Source of the DNA: Bdellovibrionota bacterium
GTDB taxonomy: Bacteria; Bdellovibrionota_C; UBA2361
Assembly: GCA_044352465.1 (NCBI GenBank)
Contig: JBILDU010000003.1
Span: 1,752-65,751, forward strand
DNA: 64,000 bases
Reading direction: 5' to 3'
A program made the translations under genes and the position numbers. The notes beneath the pieces are model-generated. The model did no database searches. It was not told the origin of the DNA and worked only from the letters and a program-made list of their open reading frames with translations. Below are positions 8,535 to 15,644 of this stretch, one piece after another. Each line of letters starts with the position of its first letter. Within the stretch, counting starts at the first letter, position 1.

Positions 8535-9174
8535 TACCGCTACATTCGAGCCACGCCCGACCTGTTACACCTGTTTTCGGCCTGAGACCCACTGTGTCTG
8601 CGGACTCGTCGCCCCGTTTCGAGCCCATACGAATCTTCTCCTTCTTCAGCATCCCCATGAACGCAAGAAGTACTATTCGACCTCCAAGATCGTTAGTCAG
8701 GCCATCGTCAACTTGAAGCTTGTGCGTGGTCTTGAGTTTGCTCCGGGGGAGATCCACTCCCATCTTCAGGGCCAGACCCCGTATCTACTTTTTCCGAGTC
8801 GCTCAGCGATCGACTGTACCGAGGTGGTGCTCGATGATAACAGCGCCGTTATTGTGGTGGACGGCACATGGGATGAGGCGGGAAAGATTTTGTTTCGAAA
8901 TCCCGAACTACGGAATTTCCCGTGTCTCACTTTCAAAGCCCCCTTGCGTTCAAACTACAGAATCCGAAAGCAACCCAAAGAGAATTATTTGAGCACGCTT
9001 GAATCGATCGCCCACCTTCTAAAGCTCAACGCGACCGCCCACGGTCTCACCGCTGCGACCGAAAACTACGACCGTCTGCTCGAGGGGTTTGATCGAATGG
9101 TCACCCAACAGCTCCAGTATTTCCCCCGCATGGGCGAGAATCGAGCCCGTGGGCGAGGGCGCCGCGCTGCCTAG
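8524..9174 (+). CDS. DTW-domain protein (tRNA-uridine aminocarboxypropyltransferase, TapT/YfiP-like); start ATG 8524 overlaps the rep 3' end
   Basis: CxxC..CxC, QHPHE, YLLFP, VDGTW, YRIRKQP and LSTLE motifs. Confidence 0.9.
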   Translation: MRTDTATFEPRPTCYTCFRPETHCVCGLVAPFRAHTNLLLLQHPHERKKYYSTSKIVSQAIVNLKLVRGLEFAPGEIHSHLQGQTPYLLFPSRSAIDCTEVVLDDNSAVIVVDGTWDEAGKILFRNPELRNFPCLTFKAPLRSNYRIRKQPKENYLSTLESIAHLLKLNATAHGLTAATENYDRLLEGFDRMVTQQLQYFPRMGENRARGRGRRAA

Positions 9175-9197
9175 GAGATCAGCCCCCCAATTTCCCG

Positions 9198-9226
9198 TTG
9201 ACTCAGGGGGAAAAAATCTCTATCGT
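9198..9226 (+). promoter_or_regulatory. Sigma70-type promoter TTGACT-17-TATCGT; predicted +1 at the leader ATG (9233)
   Basis: -35 at 9198-9203, -10 at 9221-9226, 17-bp spacer. Confidence 0.65.
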
Positions 9227-9232
9227 CCCGTC

Positions 9233-9283
9233 ATGGTGTTTTTCCGGCAAATTTCGCAGATTCTCTCCCGCTGGTGGGCTTAA
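9233..9283 (+). CDS. Trp-Trp leader peptide MVFFRQISQILSRWWA (candidate attenuator uORF)
   Basis: 16 codons with tandem TGG TGG near the stop; hairpin TGGGC-TTAAC-GCCCA overlaps the second Trp codon and the stop; lies upstream of an IDO-like gene. Confidence 0.7.
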   Translation: MVFFRQISQILSRWWA

Positions 9284-9339
9284 CGCCCAAACACACTCCT
9301 TGCCTTCACGGCAGCATTCAAATTTCAGTTTCACTTATT

Positions 9340-9369
9340 AGCTTTTAAGAACCACAGCTTTTAAGAACC
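9340..9369. repeat. Direct repeat AGCTTTTAAGAACC x2 (16-bp period) in the operon leader
   Basis: Copies at 9340-9353 and 9356-9369. Confidence 0.9.
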
Positions 9370-9456
9370 GCTTCGCGCGCTCTGTTCGCACCTGATCTCC
9401 GCCCGCAGGGCGTCGGAATGTCCGTCTCGGTTCCCAAATGAAAAAGGTGTGCCTCC

Positions 9457-9798
9457 ATGAGCACAGACGATATCTTTACGCTCTTTGACCTTCGGATCGA
9501 GGTGACCGGACAGCAAGATGCGATGGTGTGTAGCCACTCCGTTGGTGATTACTTCTTGGTCCACGGTGAGAACCTCCTCTTTCCCGCCCAACAGTCGTTC
9601 TCGATGTATGCTCTCGCAGCGCTCCTGCCCCTCTTGCCAGCGAAGCAACGACCCACCTCCCCGAACGACTGGATGACTACCGACCATATGATCGCCTGCC
9701 CCGATCCTCACTGCGGCGGGCGTTTTAAAATTACGCGCACCGGTGTGCGCGAATTCCGTCATCACCAAGTAACGAAGGTCCCCCTTCCTAAAGAGTAG
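9457..9798 (+). CDS. TIGR04076-family small Cys/His protein
   Basis: FTLFDLRIEV, CSHSVGDYF, FSMYALAALLPLLPAKQR, NDWM and ACPDPHCGGRFKI motifs. Confidence 0.75.
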   Translation: MSTDDIFTLFDLRIEVTGQQDAMVCSHSVGDYFLVHGENLLFPAQQSFSMYALAALLPLLPAKQRPTSPNDWMTTDHMIACPDPHCGGRFKITRTGVREFRHHQVTKVPLPKE

Positions 9799-9803
9799 AG
9801 ATC

Positions 9804-10838
9804 ATGTACCAGCAAAATATACCTCAGGAGCGAAGCTCCACCTGCTTCTCCCCAGCGAAGAGCTGTCTCAATGCCCTCGAGCGGGCGGCGTGCTCACTTC
9901 CCACCCTTATCGAGCGGGGAGAGGTAAGCACTACCATCAACGGCCTCCTCGAGCGCCATGAAAATGGTCTCGCCGATCTCCTTGAATGTGGCTCCACCGC
10001 GCTTAAGAAAACGGCCCTGTTAGACTTAGTGATGTTTCAGCGGGCGCTCGAAATGGGGGCGGGGGCGACCCCTCCCCAGCTCGCCCAGTGGATCGCCCAG
10101 TTTGCACGTGATCTCGATACGCTCCCGACCCTTACGTATGAGCTTGTGATCCTTTCAAATCCTGAACGGGCTGTTCGCACCTTCACGGGTGGACAAGTCG
10201 GCGAGATAGAACGTGCTTTTTATATCGGGCACCAGGTGATTGAACATCGCTTTGAGGAGCTCAGCACCACACTCATGAGGGCGCGCGACCTCCTCGAAAG
10301 CGGGAATCGCCGCGCCGGGCTTCTACTGGTCGAGCACGGGCGCGATGTATTACGGGGGGCTACGGAGTCCTTTCACCACGGGTTCGCCGTGATGGATCCC
10401 GCCGCCTTCAACGCCTTTAGGGTGTACCTTCACGGTACCAGCGGCTACGAAGGCCCAAGCGGACTTCATTCCGCCACCATCCATGCGGCACGCTTTCTTA
10501 TCTTCGGCGATTCCCTCGGGTTCCGGGCGGATTTTATCGAGCGGCATCGGCCGTATTACCCAACGTGCCACAAAGAGATTCTTGAGACCGGGCTTGAAGC
10601 GGTCAGAGATAAGCGCTCGCTGGTGGATATTGCTCGCGGGACTACCGAACCCGACGTTCGACGCACCGTGGGGGAGCTCAGCGAAGAGATGCGGCTGCAT
10701 ACCGCTAAGCATTTCGGTGTGGTGCGACGAATGCTCACCGATCTATCGGGGCCGGGCACCGGTGGACAGCCGATGGGGACTTTTTTAAGACAAGCGGTCG
10801 ATGTCATGAAGGAGGTAAGCGATGAGCTTTTACGATAA
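9804..10838 (+). CDS. Indoleamine 2,3-dioxygenase / PrnB-like heme protein
   Basis: Ordered IDO-type motifs: PTLTY..VILSN, TFTG..E.AF..GH..IE, MDP..F..FR.YL.G, GPSGLHS, RPYYP, proximal-His-like KHFGVV and C-terminal GTGGQPMGTFL. Confidence 0.7.
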   Translation: MYQQNIPQERSSTCFSPAKSCLNALERAACSLPTLIERGEVSTTINGLLERHENGLADLLECGSTALKKTALLDLVMFQRALEMGAGATPPQLAQWIAQFARDLDTLPTLTYELVILSNPERAVRTFTGGQVGEIERAFYIGHQVIEHRFEELSTTLMRARDLLESGNRRAGLLLVEHGRDVLRGATESFHHGFAVMDPAAFNAFRVYLHGTSGYEGPSGLHSATIHAARFLIFGDSLGFRADFIERHRPYYPTCHKEILETGLEAVRDKRSLVDIARGTTEPDVRRTVGELSEEMRLHTAKHFGVVRRMLTDLSGPGTGGQPMGTFLRQAVDVMKEVSDELLR

Positions 10839-11895
10839 CGAAGCGAAGAGATACACCAGTGATGGTCCTTTCGAGCCACCCAAAGTGATTATCGGTTGCT
10901 GGCAGTTAGCGGGAGGCCACGGCGAACTGAGGGAGCGCGAGATACAAGTTCACCTAAGACGGGCAGTCGAACTGGGGCTCACCTCTTTTGATTGCGCCGA
11001 CATCTATACCGGTGTTGAGGAGCTTCTCGGTCGGTTTCTCGTGTCTCTTCGCCGGGATGCTCCTGACCTGGCCAGCCGGGTTCGTATCCATACAAAGTAC
11101 GTTCCGGATCTCGATAGCCTCAAGACGGTATCGAGGAAAGACGTTGTGCGGATAATCGATCGGTCGCTTCTACGGCTTCGGCTGGAGGAGCTTTACCTCG
11201 TGCAGTTTCATTGGTGGGATCTCACGATTCCCCGGTACGTTGAGGTGTTAAGTTATCTCGACGAGCTGAGGGCTATGGGAAAGATCCGGCACCTCGGACT
11301 CACGAACTTCGGGGTGCCCGAGGTCCAGGCGTTTCTCGACGCACGGATCCCGGTCGTCTCAAACCAGGTGCAGTATTCGGTCCTCGACCGACGCCCTGAG
11401 GCCGCGCTCAGCAACCTCTGCAAAGCGAAGGGAATTAAGCTTCTTTGCTACGGGACGACGGCGGGGGGATTTCTCACGGATCGGTACCTGGAAGCCGCTG
11501 AGCCTCCTCAGCCTTTTGATAACCGGTCGCTTATCAAGTATCGCCTCATCATTGAGGAGCTCGGTGGGTGGGGGAGGTATCAAGAGCTCCTGAGGGAACT
11601 AGGCGTGATAGCGGTAGAGGAAGGGGTCGATATAGCCTCGCTCTGTCAGCGCTTTATCCTTACCCGCCCGAGTGTTGGTGGGGTGATTGTGGGAGCGCGA
11701 AACTCCCACCATCTCGAGCGGAACCGACGACACCTCGAGGCCCCTCTTTCAAAGGAGGCAGCCGAGCGGATCGAATCGATTTTAAGGGATACTCATTCCG
11801 TTCCCGGGGAGGTGTACGCTCTTGAGCGGGACCGTAACGGAACCCACGGTCGAATCATGCGGTATAACCTAAATGACGGGTCAAAAGCTCAGTAA
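10822..11895 (+). CDS. Aldo/keto reductase
   Basis: GCWQLAGGHG, FDCADIYTGVEE, IHTK, LVQFHWWD, GKIRHLGLTNF and QVQYSVLDRRPE; overlaps the upstream gene. Confidence 0.92.
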   Translation: MSFYDNEAKRYTSDGPFEPPKVIIGCWQLAGGHGELREREIQVHLRRAVELGLTSFDCADIYTGVEELLGRFLVSLRRDAPDLASRVRIHTKYVPDLDSLKTVSRKDVVRIIDRSLLRLRLEELYLVQFHWWDLTIPRYVEVLSYLDELRAMGKIRHLGLTNFGVPEVQAFLDARIPVVSNQVQYSVLDRRPEAALSNLCKAKGIKLLCYGTTAGGFLTDRYLEAAEPPQPFDNRSLIKYRLIIEELGGWGRYQELLRELGVIAVEEGVDIASLCQRFILTRPSVGGVIVGARNSHHLERNRRHLEAPLSKEAAERIESILRDTHSVPGEVYALERDRNGTHGRIMRYNLNDGSKAQ

Positions 11896-12061
11896 TACGC
11901 CTTTTGAAGCTATCTCCGGTGTGTTATATCCGTCACCACCCCCGATACGGGGGCTCGAAGCCGGATCTAGTAAAGAGCTGGTACTATTTTTTGTGCCGCT
12001 CATCGCTGAATCGCTCCCGAGCCCCGCGAATCCGGCTTTTTTAAATTAAAGGAAGAAACGT

Positions 12062-12454
12062 ATGAAGCGTTACGCTTTAAGTCTCGCTCTCTCAATCGGC
12101 GCTTTCGCTGCTTCAGCTGTGGCGGCTGATAAGGTCAGCGTCACGATCGTCAACAACTCGTCGTTCGAGTTCCACAATATGTTCTTGAGCCCCACCAGCA
12201 CGAATCAATGGGGGCCTGATCAGTTGGAAGACAAAGTAATCGGTGCCGGCGAGTCGTTCACCTTGAACAATATTCCGAAAGGCGATTTTGACTTTAAGTT
12301 GATCGATGAAGACGGTGATGAATGCATCGCTGCAGGGGTGGAGCTCCGAGCGAGCGAGACCGTGGCTTTTAACGACGAGATGCTTGTCGGCTGCCAGGTC
12401 GCGACCAGCGAGGATGCGGGTGATGACGAAGGCGGTGAGGAGGACGAGGCCTAA
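12062..12454 (+). CDS. Small secreted protein with acidic tail
   Basis: Signal peptide (AVA-AD), FLSP...WGPDQL..VI..GESF beta-sandwich-like motif, D/E-rich C-terminus, and a purine-rich RBS (AAGGAAG). Confidence 0.75.
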   Translation: MKRYALSLALSIGAFAASAVAADKVSVTIVNNSSFEFHNMFLSPTSTNQWGPDQLEDKVIGAGESFTLNNIPKGDFDFKLIDEDGDECIAAGVELRASETVAFNDEMLVGCQVATSEDAGDDEGGEEDEA

Positions 12455-12472
12455 TCGCACCTTGGCTTAGAT

Positions 12473-12522
12473 GAAGCGGGGGAGCGGTTGAGAAATTCAC
12501 CCGCTCCCCCGCTTCTTTTTTT
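12473..12522 (+). terminator. Rho-independent terminator
   Basis: GAAGCGGGGGAGCGG ... CCGCTCCCCCGCTTC 15-bp stem followed by a T-run. Confidence 0.9.
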
Positions 12523-12657
12523 CGACTTTGTTCAAGAGGGGGAAAAACTGATCCCCTTCAAAGAGAGCGCCGGCTCGAACATCCACACCGAAGCTTAGGA
12601 GCGGTGCGCCAAAAAATCATCGCTGGATGAGTCCTCGGACCGAGCATACGGCTTAAC

Positions 12658-14865
12658 CTATTCCTCCGCGTCATCTCCCGGCGAGTCTTCGGTCGGCGCC
12701 TCGTCCTCTACCGAAGCCCCATCGTCTTCATCGCCGGTCTCGCCACTCTCGACGGCTTCTTCCGCCTCGTCGCTTGACTCCGTGCTCTCAGCTGCGTCGT
12801 CGCCTGAATCCGGCGAACTCTCCACGGTTGCGTCCTCCTCTCCACTCATATCTGGCTCATCCGCGACTTCGGCGTTGTCGTCGTCTGAGTCGGTGGCATC
12901 GGGGGGACTGTCGTTATCAGCTTCAGCGTCGGCGCTGTCGGCGGTGGCCTCGTCGTCTGAGTCGGCCGCGGCCTCTGCCTCGTCGGTCACATCATCGCCC
13001 GCAGCATCCTCGGCATCATCAGTGACGTCGGTATTCCCCTCGTCGGCTGCCACTTCATCGGCAACATCGGCGCTATCAGCGTCACCATCGTCTGCTTCAA
13101 CGCTCAACCCATCTTGATCAGCCGCATCGACCTCCCCGTCGTTGTCGTCGTCGGTGTCTGCTGCATCAGGAACAGAGTCGCCATCCGAGTCGAGCGACTC
13201 CTTGTCATCGCTGATCCCGTTGTTATCGTCGTCCGAGTCTTTAGCATCAACCGTGCCGTCGTTATCATCATCAGCATCGTCGTCGTTCGGTGTGCCGTCA
13301 CCATCGGAGTCGAGGTCGACGTCGAGTCGCCCCTCATCATCGATGTCGACGGTGACCTGGCCATCATCACCGAGGTCGATATCCGCCACCTCGAAGCTTT
13401 CAGACCCGTCCACATCGATCTCCTCGGCTGAGATATCACAGGTATCGAGGCTCGGATCGTCATCATGGAAGGTGACCTTTCCAGTATCGTCCTCTTGCGC
13501 CCCGAACGTCCGACCGTCGCTCAGCGTGAATCCCGTAACCTCGTAGATGGTGTTTCCACCCGCGTGGTCGCCCGCGATGCGGATCGTCGGCTTTTGCACA
13601 CCACCTGCTTGAAATTCGAAGCGGTCTTTGTCAAAGCTGACGCGCTGGGTGGTTGTGGGAGAGATTGCGATGTTTGAGACCGAGTAGACGTTGCCCGGTC
13701 CAAAGATCACGAGCCCTGTCTCCGGTTTCCGCGAGGGGCGACCGTCGTCCATAATCGCGAGATCGTACTGCTGATCCTTCGGGAGTCGCACGACACACCC
13801 GCGAGCTCCTCGAAGTGCGATCATTGACGCTTTGCCGAGCTCGTTCTTAGCCCCTTTCTTGCCTGCGGAGAGTTGTTTCTTGTCTGATTTCCGCGTGGCC
13901 TGGAGTTGCGAACACCGCGCCGGGGTGAAGACGATATAGTCGCCTGAAGTAACCGCGGGCTTTCGCGGCTTCTCCGGTGCGGCTGGAGCTTTGGGGCGCA
14001 CGGGGGCTACGTGGTCACCACAGAAGGGACACTCGAGCGTCTCGTAACGAATCGAGAGCGGGGTTAGATCCATCGTTCCCGCCCCGCCTTCCCATGGAGC
14101 CGGGTCCTCCTTTGGATTGAGCGCCGCTCCGGCGTAGACCCACCGGTCCCGGGGAACATCGATGTCGATATACTTCTCCGAACCCGGATAGTTATTGTCG
14201 TAGACAAAGACTCGATAGAGCCCCGCGCCCAGCTCTTCGACCTTGTACGGTGTGACCGCGTGTCCTCCATCTGAGCCGTAGATACCGAGGGTCATGTAAT
14301 CCCCACCCGGTTTGAGGCTCTTCATAAGCTGGTCAACGATCTGCTGGAGGGTCCACCCGCGAGTTGCCCCGGCGGTCGACTGAACCGGTTCAAGAGCCTG
14401 AGTGACGAAATAGGTCGATATTGTGCGCATCAAAGTCGCGTCGTTTGGCTTCAGCTCAAACGGTTGCTTGGCGCCGTAATCACCGACAGTCTCTTCTTGC
14501 ACATGAAAAGCTGCGCTCAAGGCAGCCATCCCCTCACATCGACCACCCTGCATCATCTGATTCATCTCGGTGAGCCACAGTTTCGCGGCTGCGGTCGGTA
14601 CACAGGAGTCTCCCTCGAAGCGCGCGCACACCCGGTCGCCGAAAAGATATGCGGCTTCATCGCCGGTGAGGTTTGAGACCGGATATTGGTCCCCCCCCCA
14701 GTTCTCAAATCCGAAGCCGTTCGGCCGGGGGCGAAAGCCGCTATCCGCGAGGATTTTACCCGAAGCCCCACTTTTCTCGCCGTCTTGAGCGATTGCGGGT
14801 ACAGCTCCGTTGAGAGCAGAGGTTAAGACAGCGATTGCATAAGCACGAATGAGCAGCTGAGACAT
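12658..14865 (-). CDS. Large secreted protein: papain-like Cys-His-Asp domain, thrombospondin type-3-like Ca-binding repeats and a very acidic tail (start about 14865)
   Basis: Signal peptide ending AIA-QD; GRCEGMA, GGHAVTPY, VYDNNYPG; DSDGDG / DDDNDG repeats; about 140-aa D/E/A/S low-complexity tail. Confidence 0.75.
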   Translation of the reverse strand: MSQLLIRAYAIAVLTSALNGAVPAIAQDGEKSGASGKILADSGFRPRPNGFGFENWGGDQYPVSNLTGDEAAYLFGDRVCARFEGDSCVPTAAAKLWLTEMNQMMQGGRCEGMAALSAAFHVQEETVGDYGAKQPFELKPNDATLMRTISTYFVTQALEPVQSTAGATRGWTLQQIVDQLMKSLKPGGDYMTLGIYGSDGGHAVTPYKVEELGAGLYRVFVYDNNYPGSEKYIDIDVPRDRWVYAGAALNPKEDPAPWEGGAGTMDLTPLSIRYETLECPFCGDHVAPVRPKAPAAPEKPRKPAVTSGDYIVFTPARCSQLQATRKSDKKQLSAGKKGAKNELGKASMIALRGARGCVVRLPKDQQYDLAIMDDGRPSRKPETGLVIFGPGNVYSVSNIAISPTTTQRVSFDKDRFEFQAGGVQKPTIRIAGDHAGGNTIYEVTGFTLSDGRTFGAQEDDTGKVTFHDDDPSLDTCDISAEEIDVDGSESFEVADIDLGDDGQVTVDIDDEGRLDVDLDSDGDGTPNDDDADDDNDGTVDAKDSDDDNNGISDDKESLDSDGDSVPDAADTDDDNDGEVDAADQDGLSVEADDGDADSADVADEVAADEGNTDVTDDAEDAAGDDVTDEAEAAADSDDEATADSADAEADNDSPPDATDSDDDNAEVADEPDMSGEEDATVESSPDSGDDAAESTESSDEAEEAVESGETGDEDDGASVEDEAPTEDSPGDDAEE

Positions 14866-15071
14866 ATGATCTAAATCCATGAAGAAAGACGGTGAGGGGA
14901 TGGTCGCCCGGAGCGGCGTGCGGGTCAATCCGGAACGGGGCCAGAAAAAATAAATTTAATGGGATAGCGCTCTGAGAACACCAATGGCAGGTGAAAAGGC
15001 CTATCGGAAGGGATACGAGGGCGGACGAGACATCATCCGGTGGCTAATTCATGGAGGGCAGAGCCGGGTGG

Positions 15072-15521
15072 CTAATGCTTCGGCACGACCAACACCGGAC
15101 ACGGAGCAAGCTTAAGCACCGCCTGCAGAACGCTACCGAGGAAAAGGTTCCCTAAAGCCCCGCGGCCGTGGCTCGACATGATGATAAGATTCATTCCGTT
15201 ATTGCGAGCATAATCGGAGATCTCTTGGGCCACCGGCTTAATCGAAGCGATTACTTTCGTTTCGATATCTTGGCCGTGAAACTTTTCTTTAAATTTTTTT
15301 AGCTGCCGCTCGGCTTCGCTTACAAGATACGTCCGGTACTCCTCGATTCGTTCAGGTGCGGCGAGGTACGGATAGAGATTATGGGGGACCTCCCAATCGG
15401 ATACGACCGTTAGCAGCGTTACTTTACTCCCATCCATCTTAGCGAGGTACGCCGCCTGCTCGAAGGCGCGCTCGGAGTCAGCTGAAAAATCGGTCGTGAC
15501 GAGAACTCTTTCGCTATACAT
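15072..15521 (-). CDS. Universal stress protein
   Basis: VLVTTDFS, IIMSSHGRG..LFLGSV and APCPVLVVP motifs. Confidence 0.93.
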   Translation of the reverse strand: MYSERVLVTTDFSADSERAFEQAAYLAKMDGSKVTLLTVVSDWEVPHNLYPYLAAPERIEEYRTYLVSEAERQLKKFKEKFHGQDIETKVIASIKPVAQEISDYARNNGMNLIIMSSHGRGALGNLFLGSVLQAVLKLAPCPVLVVPKH

Positions 15522-15644
15522 AGGTATCCTTACCTTAAATCGACCCCGGCTTTATGGTGATGAGGGTGATCATCTCCACCCCCAAAAGTTGCAGCCACAG
15601 CCATCACAGTATATCGTATCGAGGCTTAAACGGCTCAGATTTTT

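Noticed and set aside
12774-13546. Ser-rich and Val-rich plus-strand ORFs
   Set aside because: Antisense reading frames of the Asp/Glu-rich repeats in the 12658-14865 gene.
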